Shown: piece after piece, positions 28,482 through 38,433 of the stretch
How positions within the stretch are numbered: the first letter of the stretch is position 1
Layout of the letters: each line of letters starts with the position of its first letter
Assembly: GCA_020831625.1 (NCBI GenBank)
Contig: JAFIGD010000001.1
Location: 139,296 to 203,295 of the forward strand
Source of the DNA: Verrucomicrobiota bacterium
GTDB lineage: Bacteria > Verrucomicrobiota > Kiritimatiellia > SS1-B-03-39 > UBA6053
Reading direction: 5' to 3'
Length of the DNA: 64,000 bases
Notes under the pieces: generated by a model
The model's input: the letters and a program-made list of their open reading frames with translations, nothing else
Databases searched by the model: none
What the model was told of the DNA's origin: nothing
Translations under genes and position numbers: made by a program

Positions 28482-30254
28482 TCAGCTTTGAAGGTCTTTC
28501 ATCTGCCGGAACGCGCTGTCGGCGCGGGCGGCAAGTTCATCATACGTTCCGCTTTCCACAATCCGCCCCTTTTCCATCACCACCACCCGGTCCGCGTTGC
28601 GGATGGTCGACAACCGGTGCGCCACAATCAGCGTGGTCCGGCCCCGCACCAGACGCTCAATCGCCTCCTGCACCAGTTTTTCCGACATCACATCCAGCGC
28701 CGAGGTCGGTTCATCCAGCACAATCACCCGCGGATCCCGCACCAGCGCCCGCGCGATCGCCAGCCGCTGCCGCTGGCCGCCCGAAAGCCGCGCCCCGCCC
28801 TCCCCCACCCGCGTGTTCAACCCCTCCGGCAGCCGCTCCACAAACTCCAGCACATTCGCCGCCACCAGAATCTCCTCAAACCGGGCCTCATCCACATCCT
28901 CCATCCCGAACAGAATATTCTCCCGGATCGTCCCCTCAAACAGCACACTCTCCTGCGGCACCACCGAAATAAAGCGCCGCCAGCTCCGCATGTCGATCGA
29001 CTCCATGTCCCGGCCGTCCAACAAAACGCTGCCGGATGTCGGCCGCCTGAAGCCGATCGTCAACCGCAGCAAGGTCGATTTCCCGCCCCCGCTCGGCCCC
29101 ACCACCGCCACACATTCCCCCGCCCGGATCGCAAAATTCACCGCATCCAGCGCCGGGTCGTCCGCGGGACTGTAGCGATACGTCACCTGCCGGTATTCAA
29201 TGTCGCCCCGCACCCCGTCCACTCCGTCCTTGCCCTGGTTCAACTCCAAATCCGGACACTCCAGCACCTCGCCGATGGACCGCACCGACTCCATGCCCTT
29301 GGCCATCTGCGGATACAGGTTCAACATCATCGTGAAGTTCATCATCATCTGATGAAACAGCGCCATAAACAACACCACCTCGCCGGTCGTGATCCACCCC
29401 CTCCGCGCAAAAAAAACGCCCGCGAACAGCATCCCCAGACTTGCGAACTGGAACGTCGCCCAGCTCGACGACTGAAACAGCGCGTTGATTTTATCCAGAC
29501 GGCGGCCCGAAGAATGCACCCGGTCAATCTGACTCTCCACCCGCACCGTCGCCTTCTCCTCAATCCCGTGCGCGCGGCTCACCGGGATCATATCAATCAT
29601 CTGACTCACCTCGGAATTCATCATCTCCAGGCTTTGCCGGAAATCCTGGTTTTCCCTGCGGATCCGGTTTTTAAACACATGCGTCAACCCCAGCACCATC
29701 GGCACCATAATCATATACACCAGCAACATCCAGGGCTGACGCGCCAGCGTGATCACCACCATTGCCGCCAGGGTGCTCAACGCCATCACCCCCGTTTCTC
29801 CGAACTGGTTCGCCACCGTCTGCACCTGCTCCACGTCCCGCAGCACCTTCGCCTGCAAACGGCCCGACTCCACCGTGTCGTGATACGGAATCGACAACTG
29901 CTGCAGCCGCGTCACCAGCGCCTGCCGCAGCCGACCCTCCAGCCGCCGGGTCAAACCGCTGAGCTGTGAAACATAATAGGTATGAAACGGCACATTTCCG
30001 CACAGCAGCAGCATCTGCGCCGCCACCGCGAACCCCATCCCCCGGACCGTCACCCCGCTCTCCCCGCTCAGCCAGTCGATCACCATCGCCGTCACCAGCG
30101 GCATTCCCCAGGCCGGGGACTGCTTGATCACAAACACCGTCAGCATCCAAAGCGCCCGCAGCGGCGAACAATCCGTCCACCGCCACAGCGTGCGCAGCGG
30201 GCTGCTGCTCTGATAAGACCATTCAAGCGGTGTAAACGGACGGGATGACGACAT
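28482..30254 (-). CDS. ABC exporter, fused permease plus ATPase (MsbA/MdlB type)
   Basis: 590 aa with six N-terminal TM segments. Walker A reads GPSGGGKST, the signature reads LSGGQRQRLAIARAL, and Walker B reads VIVLDEPTSALD. Confidence 0.85.
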   Translation of the reverse strand: MSSSRPFTPLEWSYQSSSPLRTLWRWTDCSPLRALWMLTVFVIKQSPAWGMPLVTAMVIDWLSGESGVTVRGMGFAVAAQMLLLCGNVPFHTYYVSQLSGLTRRLEGRLRQALVTRLQQLSIPYHDTVESGRLQAKVLRDVEQVQTVANQFGETGVMALSTLAAMVVITLARQPWMLLVYMIMVPMVLGLTHVFKNRIRRENQDFRQSLEMMNSEVSQMIDMIPVSRAHGIEEKATVRVESQIDRVHSSGRRLDKINALFQSSSWATFQFASLGMLFAGVFFARRGWITTGEVVLFMALFHQMMMNFTMMLNLYPQMAKGMESVRSIGEVLECPDLELNQGKDGVDGVRGDIEYRQVTYRYSPADDPALDAVNFAIRAGECVAVVGPSGGGKSTLLRLTIGFRRPTSGSVLLDGRDMESIDMRSWRRFISVVPQESVLFEGTIRENILFGMEDVDEARFEEILVAANVLEFVERLPEGLNTRVGEGGARLSGGQRQRLAIARALVRDPRVIVLDEPTSALDVMSEKLVQEAIERLVRGRTTLIVAHRLSTIRNADRVVVMEKGRIVESGTYDELAARADSAFRQMKDLQS

Positions 30255-30257
30255 GGA

Positions 30258-32936
30258 TTATCCCCCAATCTCCCGCTCCAAAACCTCCCACTCCTTGTTC
30301 GTCACCATCACAAACCCGCAGGTTCCCCCGCTCAGCTCCGCCCAAAGCCCGCCGATCATGCGGTCATCCTCCGCCGAGGCCATGCGGTCGCCGCCCTTGT
30401 ATTCCACCACCAGAATCCGCCCGTCCCTCAACTTGCAGACAAAATCGGGAAAAAAGCGGCCGTTGCCCTTCTGAAGAAAAAAGGAGCACCCCGGCCTGCC
30501 GACCAGATTGCGCACCCAGAATTCAACCCCGTCCTGACGATCCAGCCAACAGGCGCATTGGTATTCCTCTTTGGAATCAAACGCGCCGATGCGCGGATAG
30601 TAATGCTTGTCGAAACAATAATCCCCCCATTCCCCCCGGTCGTCCCGTGTGGGCGCATAGGCGTCCGGATGAAACTCAAAGCGGTACTCCGAGCCCACCC
30701 GGACCCGCTCATCCCGCCCCTCCCCGAACAAAAACTCCCCGCAGGCGTTCTGCGCCGCCGCCGCGCGCAGAGCGTGGACCCTCGCCTCCAGCAGATTCCG
30801 CAACTGAAACTTCTGCCGGTTCGCCTTCGCCAAATCATATCCGTCCTGAGACAACAGATCCCCCAGCCAGGCCGCCACAAAGGCCCGCTTGCTGGCGTGC
30901 GTGATGCCCGGATCATGCACCTGCTTGCAGAACCAGGCCGCCAGCCTGGCATCCGTCCAGTTTTCCGGCGTGTATGCAAGCCCCAGATCCCGGCTCAATT
31001 CCCGGCTGAACGAAGTCTTCACCCGCCCCGCATCCTCATCCACATCAATCAGCCCCGCCTCCTTCACCCTGGAGGTCAACGCCAGCGCCGAAAGCTGCGC
31101 TTCGGTCACATACGCCTCCGCCAAAGGCAGCTCCCACGGATAATCCACCGCCTCCGGCTCATCAAACAGCCGCAACTCCCCGTCGATCAACACCTCCATC
31201 TGAGGAACAAAAAACGCCTTCCCCCGCTCCGAAGGCGTGTGGAAAATCTGCACCGCCTCCGTGCGGCTGGCCACGCCGGCCCGGCTGATCGCCTCCCGGG
31301 TCGCATCCATCACCGCCCCCCGCGAAACCTCCTCCGTCTCCGCCTCCGTCAGCGGCGCATTCAGCACCAGCACCTTTTCTTTTTTGTTCCACACCACCTT
31401 CCGTTTCGTCTGCGCGGACAGCCCCGACACATCCAGCTCCTCGCCCAGCTTCACCTCCACCGGCGTGATGCGGATGCGGCCTTCGCCCCGCTTGAAATCC
31501 AGTTTCGCCTGCTCCGGGGACCGCGCCGAAACAAACTCCGACGCCTCCTGCCGGTTGAACCCCGAACTCTGCACCAGACATTCCCGCAACATCTCCGCCG
31601 TCTCCCCGAAATCCCGCGACACCACATACGCGTACGACCGGTTCAACGCCTCATGTTTCCGCTTCACCGCCTGCGGCTGACGCAGAATCCGCCCCAGCAA
31701 CTGCTCCACCGCCGTCGCGCTCTTCACCCCCGCCATGCTCACCAGCACATACGCGAACGAACAATCCCACCCCTCCGCCAGCGCCTTCTGCGTGATCACA
31801 TACTTCACCGGACACCGCTCCGAAAAAATTCCGCCCGGATACGCCGACTCCAGCGCCTCCAGCTCCCGCTCACTGCCCGTGGCCACCGCGATCTCCGCCT
31901 CCGGCACATTGTGATTCTCCATCAGCTCCCGCTTCACCCACTCGTAATCCCGCGTCTCTTTGTTTTTCGACTTCGGCTCCGACTGAATCAGCACCAGCGG
32001 ACGCAGATACGGAGCCCCCTCCCGATGCTCCCGCTCCGCCAGCACATTCAATTGATCCCGCTGATCCAAGGCCAGCGCCAGACAACGCTTATCCTCCGGC
32101 ACCGTCTCCAACTGAATCGGCAGCTTGATCATCTCCTCCCGCTTCAACTCCACCGCCGAAACCGAATGCAGCACATTGCTCGGCGTCCTCTCCATGTCCG
32201 GCGTCGCCGTCAGCTCCATGATCCCCAACGGCTTAAACTTCGCCAGCGTGTCAAAGGCCAGTTCCGTGCGGCTGTTGTGCGCCTCGTCCACAATCACAAA
32301 CGGACGCCGGAGCCGCAGCACATTCGCCAGCGAATACGGAACCGTGCCCCCATCCGCGTCTCTCAGCAACCCCGCCCGCTGCGAGTCCGTCAGCCCGTCA
32401 AACAAATGCTGCAGAGCCCCGTTGCTCTCATACACCTTGCGGATCTCCTCATTCTCCACCTGGAACGCCTGCCGCGTCCCCACAATCACCACCGTCCCCG
32501 TCTCCAGCATGGAGCGGTTCAACGCCTTCGCGTCATCCAAATCGATCACCGTCACCGGACCCGCCTCCCGCAGCGCCGCGTGATACGGATGATCCACACC
32601 GCACAAGCCAGCCAGCGTCTGCTCCCGAATCGCCTTCGACGGCACCAGCCACAAAATCACACTGTGCTCCGTATGCAGCAGCCGCTGATTCACCAGCGCC
32701 ACACTCTTCGCCGCCAAAAACGTCTTCCCGCCCCCCGTCGGCACCCGCAGACAAAAATACGGCATATCCTCTTCAAACCCGCGCAGCGGCGTGAACGCCG
32801 ACTTCTGCCCCCAAAGCGCCTTCGTGGTTTCCTGAAACGCATAATCCGCGTTCCCCATCCGCTGGCAGGTCCGGAAATACAGCTCAATGCTGCTGAGCGC
32901 ACTCGCTTGATATTCTTTTGGCGTGAAGGTGGGCAT
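30258..32936 (-). CDS. res: Type III restriction endonuclease Res subunit (SF2 helicase plus C-terminal PD-(D/E)xK nuclease)
   Basis: Start chosen at the ATG at 32936 (MPTFTPKEYQ); the ORF-track start at 32990 is TTG and lies in an AT-rich spacer. Motif I reads VPTGGGKTFLA, motif II reads FVIVDEAHNS, and the C-terminus reads PDFVCKLRDGRILVVEYKG. Confidence 0.8.
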   Translation of the reverse strand: MPTFTPKEYQASALSSIELYFRTCQRMGNADYAFQETTKALWGQKSAFTPLRGFEEDMPYFCLRVPTGGGKTFLAAKSVALVNQRLLHTEHSVILWLVPSKAIREQTLAGLCGVDHPYHAALREAGPVTVIDLDDAKALNRSMLETGTVVIVGTRQAFQVENEEIRKVYESNGALQHLFDGLTDSQRAGLLRDADGGTVPYSLANVLRLRRPFVIVDEAHNSRTELAFDTLAKFKPLGIMELTATPDMERTPSNVLHSVSAVELKREEMIKLPIQLETVPEDKRCLALALDQRDQLNVLAEREHREGAPYLRPLVLIQSEPKSKNKETRDYEWVKRELMENHNVPEAEIAVATGSERELEALESAYPGGIFSERCPVKYVITQKALAEGWDCSFAYVLVSMAGVKSATAVEQLLGRILRQPQAVKRKHEALNRSYAYVVSRDFGETAEMLRECLVQSSGFNRQEASEFVSARSPEQAKLDFKRGEGRIRITPVEVKLGEELDVSGLSAQTKRKVVWNKKEKVLVLNAPLTEAETEEVSRGAVMDATREAISRAGVASRTEAVQIFHTPSERGKAFFVPQMEVLIDGELRLFDEPEAVDYPWELPLAEAYVTEAQLSALALTSRVKEAGLIDVDEDAGRVKTSFSRELSRDLGLAYTPENWTDARLAAWFCKQVHDPGITHASKRAFVAAWLGDLLSQDGYDLAKANRQKFQLRNLLEARVHALRAAAAQNACGEFLFGEGRDERVRVGSEYRFEFHPDAYAPTRDDRGEWGDYCFDKHYYPRIGAFDSKEEYQCACWLDRQDGVEFWVRNLVGRPGCSFFLQKGNGRFFPDFVCKLRDGRILVVEYKGGDRMASAEDDRMIGGLWAELSGGTCGFVMVTNKEWEVLEREIGG

Positions 32937-33149
32937 GTTTTTTCTAGAATTGTGGTTTTGTCTTAAAATGAAATGCTTTTCCCTTAGCAAAGGTCATCTT
33001 TCCCCTTAGATACTGTAAATCATTCATTACAAGCAAATTGCAACACTTTATCCCTTTTACCTTAAAATGACCTCTTTTGTTCTTAGCACTCTGAAACATC
33101 ACACTTAAACGGCATTAACCTCTTTAAAATAACAACTTATGTAATATTT

Positions 33150-35093
33150 TTACTTTTTCCTTACAGACAGGGTGTTTTTTCTTATGTTCAGTTTGGGCTT
33201 TATTGCAGCCCTGTAGGCTTGATCCACCCGATTAGGCTTGTCCGGATATTTCAGGAGCAACAGCCCATGCCGAACCATTGATGTTAAGAAACGTTGCCGC
33301 AAACCATCCGGATTTCGGTTTAACAGGGCAGCAATTTGGGATCTGGTCAACCAGTGTTCACTGCAAATACTTAAAATAATCCCTTCCATCTCCTTTGTTT
33401 CCAGTCGCTTGCAGGATCTGGAAACCTCCGCTAAATTATAGAGTTGCTCCAGTGTGCCTCCGTCCAAGTCTGGAAAAACAGTGGCAAGTTTGTTTATGAC
33501 CTCCTCTTGTATACGTACGGAGTGATCATCCTTACCTACGGAGTGATCGCCCTTACGTACGGAGTGATCGCCCTTACGTACGGAGTGATCGCCCTTATGT
33601 ACGGAGTGAATATCCTTGTGTGAGAAGTCAGTAACAGGCGTCAGTTTATACCTCGTCCATCTTCCCTGTCCTTGCTGTTGCAGAAACCCCTCACCTGTAA
33701 GCTTTTGTAGGAGCTGGGTCACATCAGATGCATGCAGCCGGGTAATTTGCCGCATGCGGGCGTTATCTACCCCCCCTTCTATATCCGCAGTCACCAAAAC
33801 TTCGACTTCTTGTTTCGTGCAACCGTCAAAGCGTTTGCCAAATTGCTTTTGCAGGCGGGATAAGGATTCCTCCGGTATGAGACTGACCATCGGCAATACC
33901 CACTCCACCCGATCAGGCTGTACAGTCTCCCGTACAGTTGGCGAGCGCCAGTGTTGTGATTCCCAACCACGGCGGATTTTATCAACACCGGATCCTGCCC
34001 GTTCCGCCAGACCCAACTGGGTAAACATTTTCTGCAAGGACTTATTACGGCACTCACTGACATTTCCACGCAGTAATTGATCCAATGAAATAAGCAACAT
34101 GCCAGGATTGGAGAAAACAAAACGATCCCGGTATTTCTCTATAACAATGCCGCCCTGTCCCTGATAATCGGCATGAATCAAGGCATTGACCAAAGCTTCA
34201 CGAATTGCCTCATGGACAACGCTCTCCCCTTTGCGAAAAAGATTCGCATCCAGTTGAAAAGGCAATTTAATGTCATCCGAAAGCCGCTGAACCACCCGCA
34301 AGTAAAACTGAAAAAGGTTCGGAGGCCATGTCCCGTCCATCATCAGCCTGTCCGTGTAACGGACATCAGGGTCATCGGAGAATTTTTCGCGGTAATCAAC
34401 ATGATAATCAGGAAGAGCCTCCGTTATCGTCTCCTCGCGCCCAAACATAAGAAGCCCGGCGATCGTCAGTCCTTCCTTCTCTGTTTTTCGATCCTGACGC
34501 CAACCGCCCAACTTTGATAACAGCCCTATATCATCTTCACTCAACCAGGGATGCGTTGGCTTATGTGAACCAAATCGCTGCCGGAACTGCTGTAAACTTT
34601 CCCGGTCAAGATCCTTGAGACCGAATCCTTCCAGAATTCGACTGTCTGCAGGTGCCTCCGCCCGGTCTGAAAGCATTCGCCCCACTTCCTGTTCCGTACA
34701 GTGATAGTCGCCTTCGTAATTCCTACGGTAGGTTCCTGTGAGCGGGTTTTGATCCAAATACACCGGACGTTGCTGTCGGGAGGCCCTGGGAATCCGAATC
34801 GCAAGAATATTCTTATCCTCAATCCGAACTTCCTCAACATCCACGTCCGTAAGCAGATTCAGGCTGACTTTGGACCGGTTATTTATCGTGTCCCAAAAAG
34901 ATTTCTTAAGTTTGGAAGTATTCTCAACCCCACATACATTTCCATTATCTTCAACACCCAACAGAACCACTCCACCATTGGAGTTTGCCAACGCACTGTA
35001 ACTCTCCCATAAACTTTTAGGCACACCGCCTTTGGCAGCCTTGAATTCCAAATCTTCACATTCCGTCCAATCAAGGCGACTGAGAAGGTCCAT
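33150..35093 (-). CDS. Schlafen-like ATP-binding protein, COG2865 type (AlbA_2 plus HATPase_c_4 plus C-terminal wHTH), inserted between mod and res
   Basis: Start chosen at the ATG at 35093 (MDLLSRLDWTECEDLEFKAAKGG). The HATPase_c_4 signature reads REALVNALIHADYQGQGGIVIEKYRDRFVFSNPG. It contains a 7-aa tandem repeat linker. It has lower G+C than res and the flanking mod segments. Confidence 0.7.
   Translation of the reverse strand: MDLLSRLDWTECEDLEFKAAKGGVPKSLWESYSALANSNGGVVLLGVEDNGNVCGVENTSKLKKSFWDTINNRSKVSLNLLTDVDVEEVRIEDKNILAIRIPRASRQQRPVYLDQNPLTGTYRRNYEGDYHCTEQEVGRMLSDRAEAPADSRILEGFGLKDLDRESLQQFRQRFGSHKPTHPWLSEDDIGLLSKLGGWRQDRKTEKEGLTIAGLLMFGREETITEALPDYHVDYREKFSDDPDVRYTDRLMMDGTWPPNLFQFYLRVVQRLSDDIKLPFQLDANLFRKGESVVHEAIREALVNALIHADYQGQGGIVIEKYRDRFVFSNPGMLLISLDQLLRGNVSECRNKSLQKMFTQLGLAERAGSGVDKIRRGWESQHWRSPTVRETVQPDRVEWVLPMVSLIPEESLSRLQKQFGKRFDGCTKQEVEVLVTADIEGGVDNARMRQITRLHASDVTQLLQKLTGEGFLQQQGQGRWTRYKLTPVTDFSHKDIHSVHKGDHSVRKGDHSVRKGDHSVGKDDHSVRIQEEVINKLATVFPDLDGGTLEQLYNLAEVSRSCKRLETKEMEGIILSICSEHWLTRSQIAALLNRNPDGLRQRFLTSMVRHGLLLLKYPDKPNRVDQAYRAAIKPKLNIRKNTLSVRKK
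33513..33617 (-). repeat. 21-bp tandem repeat, 5 copies, in frame within COG2865 gene 1; encodes (KGDHSVR)n
   Basis: Units ACGTACGGAGTGATCATCCTT / ACCTACGGAGTGATCGCCCTT x3 / ATGTACGGAGTGAATATCCTT were counted at 33513-33617. Confidence 0.85.
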
Positions 35094-35124
35094 TGGATTA
35101 AAATGAGTAGGCTTCGGCATCAGA

Positions 35125-36720
35125 CTACACCTCAATCGCATAAGGGGTTTGCTTGAACACGATTTGCTCCCGCTGCAGGGCGGAGGCCCCCAGGCGGCTG
35201 GCGGCCGCATATATCACCTTCGGCCCTTCATGAACCGGCAGCCCGTCCAGCACCGGACGCGTGAGAATATTGCCGCCCTGCGGACGCCGGTCACCCAGAA
35301 TCCCGTTGAACAGCAGATAAATCCCCCTTCCCTCATGCACCCCCAGCAACGGACTCGTCCCGTCGCCCGTGTACCCCAGACCCGTCTCCGAAAACCAGAC
35401 AAAATCCGCCAACTGCGCAAAGGTCACATCCTCCCGGATATCCCCGAACTCGTTGAACAGCGGCTCCCCGCTCAGACGGCAAAACTGAAATCCCCCGCCC
35501 AGCCCCGCCACCACCTTGCCCTTCGCGTCCGCATACCCCGCCGACACCCGCCGCACCCGCTCCGCCGTGATGTCCCGGGCAATGTTCTCCTCCATCTCCA
35601 CCAGAATGAATTTCCGCGTCCCCCCGTCCTCCGCATTCTGCTTCAACACCGCGTGCCCCGTCGTCCCGCTGCCGGCAAAACTATCCAAAATCATATCACC
35701 TTTGTCAGTCGCAATTTGAATAATGCGTTGAAGCAATCTAGTTGGTTTGGGGGTGTCAAAAGCTGTTTGTGTACCGAAAATCGCTCTAATCTCTTTCTTT
35801 GCCTCATCTGTATGACCTACTTCGTCATGCGGCCACCAAGTCCAAGGTACAAAACCCTCAACTTCTGACAAAAAGCGAATAATGCTTGGTTGTGAGTCGC
35901 CCTTCTTTCCGAAATAAATTCTACCCTCTGTCAGTAATTTTAGAAATTCACTTTCGATGGTTGACCAACAACGTCCTTCTGGCGGAATGATTTTTTTACC
36001 AGAAGGCGTTGTGATCTCGTACATTTGATTAGGCCTATAACCCTGTGCTGTCATGGGAATCCCACGCCATCGGCCTTTTGGATCATTATTTGGATTTTTG
36101 TAAACCTTGGCCTGTTTCTCGGTTAAAGGAACGAGATTCCTTGATTCTTGGAATTTTTTGGGGTTTGGAGCGTACACAAGCAAGTATTCATGTGCATCGC
36201 CGATGGAACCCCGATTTTCTCTAGAATAACGCTTTTGCCATGTATTACATGCAACGAATGAGGATAGCCCAAAGATTTCATCCATTAACGAGCGCAAGTT
36301 ATGGATCTCGGAATCATCCATTGAGATCCAAATAGATCCATCCGGCCGCAAAAACTGCTTCAGCAGCACCAGTCGCGGATACATCATGCAAAGCCACTTG
36401 TCATGACGGCAAAGATCCTCGGCCTCCTTGCCGACGGCTTCCCCCAGCCACTTTTTGATTTCCGGCGCGTTCGAGTTGTCGTTGTACACCCATCCCTCAT
36501 TCCCGGTGTTGTAGGGCGGATCGATGTAGATGCACTTCACCCGGCCCGCGTACTTCGGCAGCAGCGCCTTCAGCGCGTGCAGATTGTCCCCCTGCACAAT
36601 CAGGTTCCCGTCACGCCCCCCGCCCGCCGACAGCCCCGCATCCGGCTCCAGCAGCCGAAACGGCACCTCCTTGTGATGCCGAATCACCGCATCCTTCCCA
36701 ATCCAGTCCAGCGTCGGCAT
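35125..36720 (-). CDS. mod: Type III R-M Mod subunit (beta-class N6-adenine DNA methyltransferase) with a low-GC central target-recognition region
   Basis: Start at the ATG at 36720 (MPTLDWIGKD); the ORF-track start at 36738 is TTG. Motif IV reads IYIDPPYN (about aa 64-71) and motif I reads DSFAGSGTT (about aa 346-354). Nucleotides about 35690-36340 between them are visibly AT-rich. Confidence 0.85.
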   Translation of the reverse strand: MPTLDWIGKDAVIRHHKEVPFRLLEPDAGLSAGGGRDGNLIVQGDNLHALKALLPKYAGRVKCIYIDPPYNTGNEGWVYNDNSNAPEIKKWLGEAVGKEAEDLCRHDKWLCMMYPRLVLLKQFLRPDGSIWISMDDSEIHNLRSLMDEIFGLSSFVACNTWQKRYSRENRGSIGDAHEYLLVYAPNPKKFQESRNLVPLTEKQAKVYKNPNNDPKGRWRGIPMTAQGYRPNQMYEITTPSGKKIIPPEGRCWSTIESEFLKLLTEGRIYFGKKGDSQPSIIRFLSEVEGFVPWTWWPHDEVGHTDEAKKEIRAIFGTQTAFDTPKPTRLLQRIIQIATDKGDMILDSFAGSGTTGHAVLKQNAEDGGTRKFILVEMEENIARDITAERVRRVSAGYADAKGKVVAGLGGGFQFCRLSGEPLFNEFGDIREDVTFAQLADFVWFSETGLGYTGDGTSPLLGVHEGRGIYLLFNGILGDRRPQGGNILTRPVLDGLPVHEGPKVIYAAASRLGASALQREQIVFKQTPYAIEV

Positions 36721-36852
36721 CAGCAAGCCCCCCGGCAAACAGGAACCACCACAACATCACACCAAAAACGCATCAGATCACTCATTCCCCACTTCCTACC
36801 ACGCCCCCCGCCACCGGTCCAACCCCATTTTCAGATCACTCCGGGAAAAATG
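36660..36852. repeat. Copy A of an approximately 190-bp direct duplication covering the mod 5' end, start codon and upstream region
   Basis: Aligns, with substitutions and small indels, to 38847-39033. Both contain ...aatgccgaatcaccgcatc...cgtcggcatcag(c/t)aagccccccgg...aaaaacgcatca...ccacgccccc...ggtccaacc(c/t)cattttc...ccgggaaaaatg. Confidence 0.8.
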
Positions 36853-37372
36853 AGCCTGACTTCATTGTCACCCCTCATCCTCCGCACTTCCGTCATACAA
36901 AACCCGGCCGCTCAACTTGGAAACCATGATCAAACGGGAACTGCGAAGCATTGTACCGTCTTTTCCGTCATTCCAAGGCGAGAAAACGAACCACGATGGC
37001 TCAGAAGGCATATTATAGAGGCATATTTTTTCCGATAATGTACTCATGAGGGCTGGTGGAAGAGTGTAAACTCATTTTTATTCGCGGGTGTTTTGACAAA
37101 ACTGAATCATCCCCCTGCTGAAGTCAAGCAGGGAGGCACCTGAACAGAATCTAAAACACGCCGGAAAGGTATCAGGGTCCACCTGCCCGCAGTGCTGCGC
37201 ACAGCGTTGCAGGCGGGTCATCAGTGGTTTTCCCCAGTCGATCCGGTCGATCCCGGTAATCCCGTCAAAAATGCGCAGGACAGGCTTTGCTCCCTTCGCT
37301 CTCTTTGTTCTCTTTATCCTCTTCTGTAAAAATGATGAGATTTGCAGGTTCATCAGGTGAAAGGCCGCTTAA

Positions 37373-37431
37373 CTTGTTCAATTATTTTTCTTGTTCAATT
37401 ATTTTGAACAATGTATGATTCATGAACAATG
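37373..37431 (+). promoter_or_regulatory. Operator-like array of TTGTTCA / TGAACAA half-sites immediately upstream of, and overlapping, the start codon of CDS 37429
   Basis: TTGTTCAATTATTTT occurs twice (37375, 37392). There is a perfect inverted repeat TGTTCAA-ttatt-TTGAACA (37392-37410). TGAACAATG occurs twice (37405, 37423), the second containing the ATG. Confidence 0.4.
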
Positions 37432-38433
37432 AAACCTGAACACCAGTGGATTGCCCTGCGAAATGCCCTCATCGAACTTCCGGGGGAACCGATCTCGATT
37501 GACGAGAATCATTCTATTTTCACCTATCCCTCGGGCAAGGAAGTTGAATGGCGGTTTGGGGAAAAGCTAAGCACCCCATTTGTGGAGGGTTTGCTGAAGC
37601 ATAAGAGCAAAAAACCCTTGCTGCTGTTCTCACCTTACATCTCTCCCACCTTCGCGGAGCGGCTTCAGCGTAACGGGGTCTTTTTTGTGGATGAAACCGG
37701 GAATGCCTATCTTGAGTGGCCGGGGTATTATTTGTTTATCTCGCGGGACGTGCCAAAGAACTTGCGCCCCGGGAACAGTCAAAGAAAAGCGGGTAAGGAT
37801 TTTTCCCCCAGCGCACTCAAGCTGATCTATCTCTTTCTTACCGATACGAATAAGGGTGTCGGCGCGCGGGTGAATCATACCGTCCGACAATTAAATGCCG
37901 TCACGGGTATTTCCACCGGATCCATCAGCAACACCATGGACAGCCTGAAGGCGCAAAATTTTCTCGAAGAACGGGAGCCGGGAGTGCGGCGACTGGCCCA
38001 ACGGGAAAAATTGTTCGAACGCTGGGTGGAGGACTACACCCGCAAACTTCGGCCCAAACTGGTGGTGGAACACTACCGGCTCCCGCATCCCGGCTGGGCA
38101 AGTGAGCTGGTGCATACGGATGGCCCTGGCAAGTGGGGAGGCGAGGTGGCCGGGTCCAGACTCACCGGACATCTGGTGCCGGAAACCGTCACCCTTTACA
38201 CGGAAAATTTGCCGGCCAACTTTATTGTGAAAAATGACCTGCGCAAAGACCCGGCGGGGCGGGTGGAGATTCTGAGGCCCTTTACACCAATGGACCTGAC
38301 GGATCCAGCAGAGGCCTGTGTCCATCCTCTGCTCGTATATAGCGATCTCATGGCCTCCGAAATCGACCGCAACCTGGAAACCGCAAAACGGATTTATGAA
38401 AAATACCTTCGGCCTCTGGCAACATCCGATTGA
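37429..38433 (+). CDS. Low-GC hypothetical protein with a putative winged-helix segment (tentatively AbiEi-like antitoxin/regulator)
   Basis: 334 aa at about 50% G+C by eye. A candidate wHTH reads VRQLNAVTGISTGSISNTMDSLKAQNFLEE. It is preceded by the inverted-repeat operator. The family call is speculative. Confidence 0.4.
   Translation: MKPEHQWIALRNALIELPGEPISIDENHSIFTYPSGKEVEWRFGEKLSTPFVEGLLKHKSKKPLLLFSPYISPTFAERLQRNGVFFVDETGNAYLEWPGYYLFISRDVPKNLRPGNSQRKAGKDFSPSALKLIYLFLTDTNKGVGARVNHTVRQLNAVTGISTGSISNTMDSLKAQNFLEEREPGVRRLAQREKLFERWVEDYTRKLRPKLVVEHYRLPHPGWASELVHTDGPGKWGGEVAGSRLTGHLVPETVTLYTENLPANFIVKNDLRKDPAGRVEILRPFTPMDLTDPAEACVHPLLVYSDLMASEIDRNLETAKRIYEKYLRPLATSD

Noticed and set aside
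27576-29969. 797-aa plus-strand ORF
   Set aside because: It is a His/Arg/Pro-rich shadow over the GH26-like and ABC exporter genes.
30558-32966. 802-aa plus-strand ORF
   Set aside because: It is a shadow of the res gene.
32937-32990. Upstream extension of res (MLREKHFILRQNHNSRKN) in the ORF track
   Set aside because: It uses a TTG start inside the AT-rich spacer. The ATG at 32936 (MPTFTPKEYQ) begins the conserved sequence.
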